From: a virus
Reading direction: 5' to 3' (one strand)
DNA: 64,000 nucleotides
IMG/VR virus record: IMGVR_UViG_3300037307_000721
In this document: positions 42,711-51,726 of the stretch, one piece after another
Layout of the letters: each line of letters starts with the position of its first letter
How positions within the stretch are numbered: position 1 is the first letter of the stretch
The notes under the pieces: generated by a model
Seen by the model: only the letters and a program-made list of their open reading frames with translations
What the model was told of the DNA's origin: nothing
The model's database searches: none
Position numbers and translations under genes: made by a program

Positions 42711-43412
42711 TCACATCTGCCGGTACATCTCGAACTGGTCGATGAAGCCGCGAGCGCCCGAGATGCTGGACATGAAGTACCAGCCGCCGTAGCCACCGGC
42801 CATCGGGCTCGACTCTGAGTTGATGCCGAGTGCGTCGTCGATGAAGTCCGTCATGCCTGGGATGGCCTCCCAGTTGGGGCTGGTGACCGGATAGGTCTCC
42901 AGGTCGTTCTGGAAGCACTTCAGGACGACGTCGCCATTCGGATTGACGATCACGTCCAGGCGAAGATGCAGCCAGGTCTCCCAGGTGAAGGTCTCCGACG
43001 AAGTTCGCAGCGTGGTCGTCGCCTCCTCGTCGAGGCCCGCGCTGAGGGCGACCTTGGCCAGCACGATGGCCGAGGGGTCGTTGTCGGACAGGCCCAGCAC
43101 GTAGGCCTTGTCGTCCTCGGTCGTGGCCTGCAGGCACATGAAGAGCCCGGTGGAGAATCCCACGGCAGCCACCGAGCGCCCACGTTGGACGGCGCCGCGG
43201 ACGGAGCCTCCGGTGGCGTTGGCCTCGTCGTCGCGCAAGGGCGCGAAGCCCGAGGCGTTGTAGTAGAGACCGACGGTCTTGTCCCCGGTCACCTTGGAGT
43301 TGAACCCGAAGATGAAGTTGCCGCCGCCGTTCGGTGGGGTGAAGCCAGCCGTCACGCCACGCGCGATGTCCGCTGCCGCCGCGCCGAAGATTCCGAAGTT
43401 GCTCTCAGCCAT
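42711..43412 (-). CDS. Tail-associated beta-sandwich (ConA-like) protein
   Basis: WLHLRLDVIVN...VVLKCF...GGYGGW...FIDQFEM pattern. Confidence 0.55.
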   Translation of the reverse strand: MAESNFGIFGAAAADIARGVTAGFTPPNGGGNFIFGFNSKVTGDKTVGLYYNASGFAPLRDDEANATGGSVRGAVQRGRSVAAVGFSTGLFMCLQATTEDDKAYVLGLSDNDPSAIVLAKVALSAGLDEEATTTLRTSSETFTWETWLHLRLDVIVNPNGDVVLKCFQNDLETYPVTSPNWEAIPGMTDFIDDALGINSESSPMAGGYGGWYFMSSISGARGFIDQFEMYRQM

Positions 43413-43424
43413 GATGACTCTCCA

Positions 43425-45203
43425 TCAAATCGTGAGCGTGAGGGTCCAGTCTTCTTCCTCGAAGGTATCCTTACAACCGAGGTAGCCGCGCACACCGATG
43501 GTGCCCGTGCCGCCGCTGATCACGCTCGCGCTCGTGATCTGGCGCATGCCACCCCATCTCTCAGCGAAGCCCGACCGCGTCGCCGTAAGACTCGGGCTCA
43601 TCGCGAAGCAGTCGAATAGGTAGTCGCCGGCAGCCTCTCCACCATCGAGGACGATGTAGCAATGGTCCGAGTCCCCGTCTGCATTCACGAAGTTCACTTG
43701 GACGATCGCCGAGCCGACGATTCCGCCACCGCTCACGATCTTGACGCAGACGTCGGGCGAGAAGCCCAGCTGCACAGGCAGCGGGTCGGCGTAGACGGTG
43801 GTCCTGGAGCCCCCGATGACGAAGTTCATGAAGCCATAGGTGTCGATGCCGCCGTACTCCTCGTGGTCCGTGACCTCGTACTGGCCCATGCCAGAGGCGT
43901 AGAGCTGCCGCGTCGGTGGGATGGGGGTGACTAGGAACCGCCACTCGCTCCCGTCCCAGTATCGTGTGGCGCCCTCCTCGTTGTCCTTCCAGCCACTCTC
44001 GAAGTTTTCGGTGATCCCTAGCAACGTGCGACCGTTGCGAAAGCGCCACTCTTCGTTCGTGATGTCCCAGAACTCTGCCACGAAGCGCTCGTTGTACCAG
44101 GTCCCACTCGTCCCCGGGAGCTTCCAGCCGTGTTCGAACCGCTCTCCGCCCGGGATGGCCTCCTCGATCATGATGTCGGACAGGTCGCCCAGGAACTCCT
44201 CGTGACCGGTCTTCCAGGACGGCGGCGTGCCGGCGCCCCACTTGATGTTGCCCCAGCCGGTGACGGGCCAGGGGCTGGTGAAGCCCCAGCCACCACCGCC
44301 GCCCACGCCCCAGTCTACCGTGACCATGTCGATCTGGCGCTCCTGGCGCTCGGGGAACGGAGGGTAGTCGAAGGTGTACGGCAGAATGTCTGGGATGGCC
44401 CAGCCGCGTTCGAAGTTCTCGTAGCGCAGGTCGCGCACGAGCATCTGCTCGAGGTCCGAGTTCTCGAAGGCGAACCTGGCGTCCTCGACGGTAGGTCCGT
44501 AGCTGGTAGTGGCCAGGTGTGCGTTGAACTTGGCCTTGAGGTGGTTGGCGAGCGCCACCATGGTGGCTTCGTTGTAGCATTCACCCAGCGTCGGCCTATT
44601 CAGCACGTCTTCCTTGTCGTGCACGCCGAGCAGGCCCCACATGGTGAAATGCCCGATCGGGTTCGTGCCAGTCCCGGGGAAGCCGTCCCAGTAGAGCAGG
44701 ACGCTGAACAGGTTGGTGAAGCCGATGGCCTGCACCAGATCGTCGGGGGCCGAGAGCGGGATGAAGTTGTCAGTGTCCAGCGAGAGGTGCACGTAACCCG
44801 TTGTCTGGATGTGCCCCTTGAACTGCTCCCATAGGTCGGAGATGAGCGCGCGCTGCGACGGCCAATCACCGACGGTGGCATCGGGCGCGGTCACCACGTT
44901 GACGGTGTCGGGCTCGGAGTGCACATGGTGGGGCAGGTTCCAGTACTCCTCGAAGTCCTCCCATGGATCCCAGCTCCAGAGAATGAGCCCCGTGGAGTAG
45001 TAGTCCTCGCCCCAGATGGATGAGCCCCAGAAGCTGTCGCCTGGCCCGTAGGTCTCATCGAACGCACCGATGCGCTCGTCGGAGGAGACCGTGTCGACGC
45101 TCCAGTCCTCCGCCGTGCCTTTGGCGACGCCCCGGAGCTCGAAGGAGAAGTTCCCCTCTGGAGCCCAGGTATCGTCACCCCATATTTCGGTGCCCCATGC
45201 CAT
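43425..45203 (-). CDS. Trp-rich tail-associated protein with FExGW repeats
   Basis: 592-aa ORF; WG motifs and repeated E.FE.GW. Confidence 0.65.
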   Translation of the reverse strand: MAWGTEIWGDDTWAPEGNFSFELRGVAKGTAEDWSVDTVSSDERIGAFDETYGPGDSFWGSSIWGEDYYSTGLILWSWDPWEDFEEYWNLPHHVHSEPDTVNVVTAPDATVGDWPSQRALISDLWEQFKGHIQTTGYVHLSLDTDNFIPLSAPDDLVQAIGFTNLFSVLLYWDGFPGTGTNPIGHFTMWGLLGVHDKEDVLNRPTLGECYNEATMVALANHLKAKFNAHLATTSYGPTVEDARFAFENSDLEQMLVRDLRYENFERGWAIPDILPYTFDYPPFPERQERQIDMVTVDWGVGGGGGWGFTSPWPVTGWGNIKWGAGTPPSWKTGHEEFLGDLSDIMIEEAIPGGERFEHGWKLPGTSGTWYNERFVAEFWDITNEEWRFRNGRTLLGITENFESGWKDNEEGATRYWDGSEWRFLVTPIPPTRQLYASGMGQYEVTDHEEYGGIDTYGFMNFVIGGSRTTVYADPLPVQLGFSPDVCVKIVSGGGIVGSAIVQVNFVNADGDSDHCYIVLDGGEAAGDYLFDCFAMSPSLTATRSGFAERWGGMRQITSASVISGGTGTIGVRGYLGCKDTFEEEDWTLTLTI

Positions 45204-45206
45204 CGC

Positions 45207-45842
45207 TTACCCGATCGGAGTGAGCAGCGCGTGGATGCCCATCGTCTGGACGTAGAAGCTCGCCAGGGGCACATCGACGGAGCTGAAGCACCAGACGTAG
45301 AACGGACCGTAGGTCGGGCTTGGCGGGTTCCACGTGATCTGAGACTCGCCCCAGACGGGCGCGTCGCCGTAGAACCAGCACTCCCAGTCGAACACGAGGC
45401 CGGTGTTGTTCTGCACACTCACGTAGAGGTAGCCGGTCGCCGCCGGGTTGTCGCAGAAGCCGGAGGCGCACATGTGCACCATGTAGGGCTTCTGCTGACT
45501 GGGCATGGTGAAGGCCGAGACGTACAAGATGTCCAGAGAGTTCCAGTCGGTGCGCAGGTAGCCATCTCCAGGCACCGGCGTGGGAAAATGGTTCGGCGGC
45601 CAGAAGCCCCAGACGGGGAAGTAGTGCACACGCGCCACGAGGGCGTTCTGGATCTCGCGCAGGCAGCCGGCGGGCAGCATGCTGTCGTCGCCCACGAGCT
45701 GCGCGACCGAGTCCAGCTTGTTGCGCATCGTGTGGATCTGGCTGACCCTGGTGTCGTCCACGCCGTCGACGAGCGTCGGCTGGTCAGTCGCGACGACGTC
45801 CTGCGACGTCGGGTAGTGAGTGGTCCACTCCTTGATTGCCAT
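45207..45842 (-). CDS. Baseplate-proximal tail/receptor-binding-like protein
   Basis: Follows baseplate J; N-terminus paralogous to 12536..13186. Confidence 0.7.
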   Translation of the reverse strand: MAIKEWTTHYPTSQDVVATDQPTLVDGVDDTRVSQIHTMRNKLDSVAQLVGDDSMLPAGCLREIQNALVARVHYFPVWGFWPPNHFPTPVPGDGYLRTDWNSLDILYVSAFTMPSQQKPYMVHMCASGFCDNPAATGYLYVSVQNNTGLVFDWECWFYGDAPVWGESQITWNPPSPTYGPFYVWCFSSVDVPLASFYVQTMGIHALLTPIG

Positions 45843-45851
45843 GATCCGCTC

Positions 45852-47462
45852 CTACAGGGCCGAGCCGGTGTCGGCGTCCGTGATTGTCATCGTGTACAGC
45901 TTGGGAAACTCGATCGGCAGCAACTGCACCGATTGCCTGAGACCGTTCAGCAGCAAGCCCTGCTGCCCCTCGTCCACCTTGCGCACGCCGTCCACGTCCC
46001 GGATCACGTTGAAGACGTCACTCCACGCGAGCTCCGGAGTGGGCAACGAGGTCCCGGGCTCGTAGACGCCCTGCCAGTGCACGTCCTGCAGCAGCAGGTT
46101 GGCACCGAAGTCGATGTCCGGGTTGTTCGTGCCGTCCTCGAGCTGCGCCGCGAAAAAGTCCTTCAGCGCGGTGCGAATCGCCGCGGCTACCGTGGCCCCG
46201 ACGTAGCCGCGCTTCAGATAGATGCGCGTGCTGACGCTCACGTTCTTGAACACGCCCACCACGGTCTCGAAGGAGAACGTGATTGTGGGTGGCTTGTTGT
46301 CGATGATCTCGTCGTAGACCTCGGAGAGCAGGGACGACGACGGGGCAGCGGGCTCGATCCTGCCAGACGAGAGCTTGGTGCCCTGGGCCACGACGTACAG
46401 CCGACCCGTGTTCTCGGGGATGCCGGCGTACTCGTTGCTGGTCGCCATGAGAGCGCGGGCCACGCCGCGCACGCTGGTCGCCACGGTCTCGAAGTCCTCG
46501 CGCGTCACCGTGCGGTTGAGCACGCGGAGCGAGGCGGGTGCCTCGACTCTGGCCTCATCGAGCTCCATGCGTTCGGCCCCTCCGCTCGTGGCAGACAGGT
46601 TCTCGACCGTGACGTTCGCCGAGCTCCCGTCGCCGAAGAGGAGCGTCTCGTCCAGGATGGAGATCTTCCCGGCCTCGACATTGCCGCTGGTGCCACCGCC
46701 GACCTTGTAGCCGATCTTGATCTCACCCTGGGGAATGGCTCCCACGGCGCCGTTGCCGAAGCGAACGTGGGCGCGATCCAGATGGTCGACGAGCACGATG
46801 AACACACGGTCCGTGGACTTGTAGCCCAGGAACGACTCCACGCGCTCGTAGTCCCCATTCACCGCCGAGAGCCCAGTCCACAGCGTGGTGCCGGTCCAGT
46901 CGCACTCGTCGATCGAGCCGTCGAGAAATGGGGTGTAGCTCAGGACCAGCTCTTGATTCGGCTCACCCGTCGAGTAGAAGGTCTCGTACTGGCGCGTCGA
47001 TTGCTCCACCTCGACCGCGACCGAGGAACCACCCGCGGGGATCTCCTCGTCCTCGGTGGTCTGGAACTCGACGGGCTCTTCCGGATCCGCCGTTCGCAAC
47101 CGCGTGCCGCGTGGGATGGGAAGCTCGCTCGAGGAGTTCACAGGATTGACCGTGAAGGTCACGCTGCCCGTGGCCGCGCCGGCCGACGGCATGGTGAAAC
47201 CGATGAGCTGGCCGAGCCTGATCATCGAGATGCGCTGCGCCAGCGTGGGGATGAAGCACTCTCCTGCCTGGTTGTCCTGGTAGAAGTGCAACGTGTCCCC
47301 GACGAAGCAGAAGAGCTCGACGAGGATGTTGCCGAAGTTGGCCACGTTGAAGTCGGTCCAGTCGGGAAACACCGAGCGGATCAGGCCCTGCAGACGCAGC
47401 TTCAGGCTATCGAAATCCCGATCGGAGAAGTCGATCGAGCTTGGGATGATGCTGGTTGTCAC
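45852..47462 (-). CDS. Baseplate J/gp6-like wedge protein
   Basis: IDFSDRDFDSLK, WTDFNVANFG, RFGNG..G.IP, GG...ERME and RTVTREDFE. Confidence 0.9.
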   Translation of the reverse strand: MTTSIIPSSIDFSDRDFDSLKLRLQGLIRSVFPDWTDFNVANFGNILVELFCFVGDTLHFYQDNQAGECFIPTLAQRISMIRLGQLIGFTMPSAGAATGSVTFTVNPVNSSSELPIPRGTRLRTADPEEPVEFQTTEDEEIPAGGSSVAVEVEQSTRQYETFYSTGEPNQELVLSYTPFLDGSIDECDWTGTTLWTGLSAVNGDYERVESFLGYKSTDRVFIVLVDHLDRAHVRFGNGAVGAIPQGEIKIGYKVGGGTSGNVEAGKISILDETLLFGDGSSANVTVENLSATSGGAERMELDEARVEAPASLRVLNRTVTREDFETVATSVRGVARALMATSNEYAGIPENTGRLYVVAQGTKLSSGRIEPAAPSSSLLSEVYDEIIDNKPPTITFSFETVVGVFKNVSVSTRIYLKRGYVGATVAAAIRTALKDFFAAQLEDGTNNPDIDFGANLLLQDVHWQGVYEPGTSLPTPELAWSDVFNVIRDVDGVRKVDEGQQGLLLNGLRQSVQLLPIEFPKLYTMTITDADTGSAL

Positions 47463-47896
47463 AGCGCGACCTCCTGCGAAACCGGGCCGATCAGCACGTT
47501 ATTCTCGCTGGGCGTCGCCCCCGACACAACAGCCCAATTCACCCGGACTCGAATCACGTTCTGCGTGTAGCTACCCTCCTCGGCTGCCTCGATTGTGGCC
47601 GAACAGGACGATACGGAGACACGCGGCTCCCAGTCCTGCAGGGCAGACGCGACGAGCAACGCGATCTCTTTCGCCAAGGCCTGGCTGTTCCCGTGGTGCC
47701 GATAGTGCTCCAGGTCGATACCGAAGTCAGGGCGCCACGGTAGCTCACCAGGCCGTGTGCCCAGGATTTGCGCGATGCAAGAGCGAACGAGCGCCTCGCC
47801 CTCGGCGGCCACGAAGTCGCTGCTGGCCAAACGGCGCAGTGGCCACGTGAGACCGTAGCCGAGGATGTTGCGACGAAACGCTTTGGATTCGCGCAT
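47459..47896 (-). CDS. Baseplate wedge gp25/W-like protein
   Basis: IAQILGTRPGELPWRPDFG...WEPRV. Confidence 0.9.
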   Translation of the reverse strand: MRESKAFRRNILGYGLTWPLRRLASSDFVAAEGEALVRSCIAQILGTRPGELPWRPDFGIDLEHYRHHGNSQALAKEIALLVASALQDWEPRVSVSSCSATIEAAEEGSYTQNVIRVRVNWAVVSGATPSENNVLIGPVSQEVAL

Positions 47897-47899
47897 GGC

Positions 47900-48727
47900 T
47901 CAGTTCTCCACCGTGATGTCGAGAATCTCAGGCATCGTGAACGACTGGCCCGTGACCGCCTTGCCGAACTGCTCGATGACGATCAAGATGTTCCTGATCG
48001 TAGTGAGCGCGGTGACGAGCGGCCCGAGTGGGATGAAGCCGGTGACATCTGCTGAGCCCAGACTGTCCGTCGCGCCGCCCATGGCCGCCTGCCACTCCGC
48101 CACCTTCTCGTCCGCCCCCGGAATGAGCGTGGCGATCGATTCCATGATGGTGAAGATGAGCCCGGTCAGCTTGCCGATCAGCTGGATGACCTGCATGATG
48201 CCGGCCATCTCCTGGTTCAAGTTCTCCCTGGCGCACTCGCCGATCTCGAGGAGCGTGTCGTCCTGCGTGCGCTGCGCATCGTCGAGGACCTGCTTGATCT
48301 TGCTGATCTCCTTGTCGATGATGGTGAAGACGTTCAGGAGGTCGTCGACGAGGTAGCGGATCAACACCACGATGTCCACGATCATGCGAATGTACGGCAT
48401 GGGCGGGACGAGAGCGATGAGCGCCGCCAGGGCCTTGAACAGCTTCTCGAAGCACTTGATGAGAGGCCCGGGGCTCAGCGTCATGAAGCACTTCGGAACC
48501 GCGGTGACACAGGTCACGATGGCCTGAATCATGTCGACGAGCTTAATGATGCTGTTGATCGGAGCGAGTGCCGGCGAGAGGCTGTTCAAGAACTTGAGCA
48601 GCAGCGACGAAGGGCGCGGCATGCTCTCGACGCTGTCGCGCAGATAGGCGAGCTCACCCATCCCAGGCAAGGTCAAGGTGAACTTGTCCGGGATCTCAGG
48701 GAGCTTCACGCAGACGACGGCGGCCAT
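47900..48727 (-). CDS. Hypothetical baseplate-region protein, helical/hydrophobic
   Basis: VCVKLPEIP...LTLPG pattern recalled from myxobacterial prophages. Confidence 0.7.
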   Translation of the reverse strand: MAAVVCVKLPEIPDKFTLTLPGMGELAYLRDSVESMPRPSSLLLKFLNSLSPALAPINSIIKLVDMIQAIVTCVTAVPKCFMTLSPGPLIKCFEKLFKALAALIALVPPMPYIRMIVDIVVLIRYLVDDLLNVFTIIDKEISKIKQVLDDAQRTQDDTLLEIGECARENLNQEMAGIMQVIQLIGKLTGLIFTIMESIATLIPGADEKVAEWQAAMGGATDSLGSADVTGFIPLGPLVTALTTIRNILIVIEQFGKAVTGQSFTMPEILDITVEN

Positions 48728-48728
48728 C

Positions 48729-49343
48729 TCACTTCATCCCCGGAGTGATGCGCCCGCCACTCTCCTGCGCGGACACGAGCGAAGAGCCGCCGAAACCCTG
48801 CTTGAAGACGCTCTTCGTCGTCATCAGGCCGGTCATCACCTCGATCATGGACAGGTTCAGCTTCATCTCGATCGGCGCGCCGCGGTAGTCGAAGCGCTCG
48901 TAGTCGATGTCGAGGGTCTCGAGCACTCCGATGAAGTTGAACTCCGCGTGCGGCCAGATGACCGAGACGAGCGGCGGAGCCTTGCCGAGCCCCGACGGAA
49001 CCATCAATGATTCAAACCAGTTGCGCCACGTGAGCAGGTCCTCCGGCTTGACCGACTCGTCCATGTCGCCCTCGGTCTCGTTGCGTCGCTTCAGAATGTG
49101 CAGCGAGAGCCAGAGCTCCATCGAGAGCTTGCGCGAGCCGGTGCGCACGTACTGCACGACCTCGTGAGAGAGCCCGAGCACGGGTCGCAGCGAGTAGTGC
49201 GCCTGAACGGTCTCCTTGACCGAGGTCGGATTCACGATCGCCTGGCACTCGCCCTTGAACGAGGACTCGCCGGCCCGCTTGGCGCGAAAGGTCAGCAGGT
49301 ACCGCGGGTCAATGAAGGGCTGGAAGCTGTCTGCCATGTTCAA
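48729..49343 (-). CDS. Tube initiator (gp54/CIS-tube-like) protein
   Basis: NPTSVKE...L...QYV.TGSR.LSMEL...PPLV..IWP...G.L..L.I.YE.FD..G.P. Confidence 0.7.
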   Translation of the reverse strand: MNMADSFQPFIDPRYLLTFRAKRAGESSFKGECQAIVNPTSVKETVQAHYSLRPVLGLSHEVVQYVRTGSRKLSMELWLSLHILKRRNETEGDMDESVKPEDLLTWRNWFESLMVPSGLGKAPPLVSVIWPHAEFNFIGVLETLDIDYERFDYRGAPIEMKLNLSMIEVMTGLMTTKSVFKQGFGGSSLVSAQESGGRITPGMK

Positions 49344-49346
49344 CCC

Positions 49347-49949
49347 TCAGATCGCCAGGCCCAATGCCGATACCGGCCGGTTCTTGAGCGTCACCCCAAC
49401 GCCGTCGATCTGGACGCCGGGGGCCTCGATGATGATGCTCTTCAGTGCCTTGAGATGGATGGAGCCGTCCTTGGCGTCCATCTCGATCATCGTGCTCCCT
49501 CCCAGCGTCTGCAACACGATCTTCTGCTCGGTCGCGGTGTCCTTGACGTAGATCTCGAACGTCTCCGTCTCGGCAAGGACGCGGACGTTCGGCGTCTCCT
49601 TGGCCGACTCGCCCTGGACCGCGTTCGGTGTCGCGGCCGTGCCCTTCACTTGTGGATAGTGCGCGCTGAAGTAGAACGGCTCCTCGAGCTTGCCGTGGAT
49701 GAAACCGACGAGCACCAGCGCGTTCACGCGCGGGACGAAGAAGCCGCCCTTGCTGTTGTAGCCGGAGCCAGCCATGCCGATGGGGTACGCCCACTCGGTC
49801 TCCTGGCGCGTCACGCCGGCGACGAAGGCCTTCACACGTCCCATCTTCAACGGGTCTTCGTTCTTCGTGACCTTGCCCCAGTAGAGCCCGTTGTAGGCCC
49901 CCGCGGCAATCTCACGATCCATCTCGCTGCCAAAGCCAAACTGGTCCAC
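49347..49949 (-). CDS. Baseplate spike (gp5/gpV OB-fold)
   Basis: YWGKVTKNEDPLKMGRVK...WAYP...GFFVP...VLVGFIHG. Confidence 0.85.
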   Translation of the reverse strand: MDQFGFGSEMDREIAAGAYNGLYWGKVTKNEDPLKMGRVKAFVAGVTRQETEWAYPIGMAGSGYNSKGGFFVPRVNALVLVGFIHGKLEEPFYFSAHYPQVKGTAATPNAVQGESAKETPNVRVLAETETFEIYVKDTATEQKIVLQTLGGSTMIEMDAKDGSIHLKALKSIIIEAPGVQIDGVGVTLKNRPVSALGLAI

Positions 49950-49960
49950 GTCTCTTTACC

Positions 49961-51376
49961 TCACTTCGGCCCTGGATTGCGCATGTGCGACGTCGTGCTG
50001 CCCCTGTAGAACAGAGGCGTGCCTGGCCGCGGACCCTTGGGCTTGTTCGGGTCGGTCTTGCGCTTGGCCTTCGGCCGAATCAGTTCGCCGTGCTTGCCTT
50101 GCTTCCACACACCTCCAGCCTGCGCGTGTAGCCCGACGTTGGTCCCGGTCCTCTCGTCGTAGACGTAGACTGGAAGGATCGGACCACTCGGGCCTCCACC
50201 CTTCTTGACATCCTTCATGGTCATGAGGGTCGTGTAGCCCTCTCCGTCGATGCGATGCTCGACCTCCGTCACGATCCAGATGCCGTCGATGATCGCCGAG
50301 AAGTTGTCGAGGACCACGGCGTCGCCCTCGAAGATGAGTGGGTTGCCGACCGTCGTCAGCTTGATGGTCCACTTCTTGTGCGCGTGCTCCCACATGCGCC
50401 TGGTTGTGGACTCGAGTAGCCGCGACGATACGTCGGACACGAGATCCGTGGGATTGATCACGTCCGGCACCTTCTGCGTGCCCGACGGGGTGCCGCCCGC
50501 GCCCTTGATCGGAAGGCTGCTTTGTCCTGTGTCGAGGGCCCACATGCCGGTGTTCGTGCCGGTCAGCGTGTGGTAGACGAACTGACCCAAACGCGGGTTG
50601 ATGGCCTTGCCCTTGACGTTATTCGCGTTGAGCGCGTAGTCCCCCTCGACGTTGAAGGACAGGACATCCGGCCCCTCGAAGTAGCTGATCACGTCGACGG
50701 GCTTGACCTGCCAGTCGAGCCGTCGGAAGTGAAAGCCGTCCTCGGTGGCAGAGAACCAGAATCCGCGCTGGACGGCCAGCTTTCGCAAGAACTGCATGGC
50801 CGTCTCGCCGTCGGGGATCTGCGACTCGGAAACCGTCTCCTCCTTGGGCCCACCGCCCGAGCCCATCCCGAGCCCGGTCTGGATGTGAATCTGGTCATCA
50901 CGGTAGCCGGCCCAGCGAGCGATCTTGCGCGCCATCTCGGAGATGCGAATCGGACCCTTGGAGTTGAGGTCGTTCTTCTCCGGATGCAGGTGCATGATGT
51001 GCTTGTGCAGGTGCATCTCCATGAGCACCGTGCCGTACACATCGGGCCGCGGGGAGTCCGGCTCGCGTCCCGGGTCGCGCATCGCCAGCGCCTTCACGCT
51101 CTTCACGGGGGCAGTGAAGGCTCGCGACATGTAGCCGTCGTAGCCGAAGCTGACCCTGAGCTTCAGACCGACGGCCATGACGAGCGGGTTGAAGACCTTG
51201 CCCGAGGAGTTGTCGAACTCCATGTTGATGCGAGGCACCTGGCCCTTGCCCTGGCGCGACACGTACTGAAGCTTCATGAGCGCGCCCTCGAGGATCGACG
51301 ACGACAGGCTCTTCGTGCCGGCCACGACCTCGATCTTCCACACGGGCTTGAGGGTGTCGATGCTCGCCAGACCCAC
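49961..51376 (-). CDS. Baseplate hub (gp27/gpD-like)
   Basis: Position; ETAMQFLRKLA...GF.F; GNP.I..G..V.L.NF...DG.W.V.EVEH. Confidence 0.8.
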   Translation of the reverse strand: MGLASIDTLKPVWKIEVVAGTKSLSSSILEGALMKLQYVSRQGKGQVPRINMEFDNSSGKVFNPLVMAVGLKLRVSFGYDGYMSRAFTAPVKSVKALAMRDPGREPDSPRPDVYGTVLMEMHLHKHIMHLHPEKNDLNSKGPIRISEMARKIARWAGYRDDQIHIQTGLGMGSGGGPKEETVSESQIPDGETAMQFLRKLAVQRGFWFSATEDGFHFRRLDWQVKPVDVISYFEGPDVLSFNVEGDYALNANNVKGKAINPRLGQFVYHTLTGTNTGMWALDTGQSSLPIKGAGGTPSGTQKVPDVINPTDLVSDVSSRLLESTTRRMWEHAHKKWTIKLTTVGNPLIFEGDAVVLDNFSAIIDGIWIVTEVEHRIDGEGYTTLMTMKDVKKGGGPSGPILPVYVYDERTGTNVGLHAQAGGVWKQGKHGELIRPKAKRKTDPNKPKGPRPGTPLFYRGSTTSHMRNPGPK

Positions 51377-51378
51377 GG

Positions 51379-51723
51379 CTACACCTCATCCTGCACGCCG
51401 TCGGTGACGGACATGAGCCAGTCCTGCACCACGTTCTGCGGCGGGATCACGACGACCGAACCTGGAGTCAGCACGATGGTCGGGTCGTTGATCGGCTCGG
51501 GCTGGTAGTCGGCGATGATCCACCAGAGCCTGGCCGGGTCTGGGAAGCCCTTGAAGTAGAACTGCGCCAGGTTCATCAGCGTGTCGCCGAGCTGAACCTT
51601 GTGCAAGGTCTCTCCGAGGCCGCCGACGTACCAGGGCCGCGGGCGCAGGCTGTAGTAGAGCACCGAGTCATCCGAGCGCCGGATGACCGTGGAGTGCTTG
51701 TACCGACTGTATTCGCCGTACAT
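51379..51723 (-). CDS. LysM/gp53/gpX-like baseplate protein
   Basis: HKVQLGDTLMNLAQFYF...LWWIIADY...L.PG..V.IP. Confidence 0.85.
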   Translation of the reverse strand: MYGEYSRYKHSTVIRRSDDSVLYYSLRPRPWYVGGLGETLHKVQLGDTLMNLAQFYFKGFPDPARLWWIIADYQPEPINDPTIVLTPGSVVVIPPQNVVQDWLMSVTDGVQDEV

Positions 51724-51726
51724 GTG

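Noticed and set aside
42704-42796. Longer start for the 41402 gene
   Set aside because: Overlaps the upstream gene; ATG 42703 has an RBS
12536-45842. Diversity-generating retroelement TR/VR pair
   Set aside because: The duplicated part is N-terminal, differences are not adenine-specific, and no reverse transcriptase is in the window
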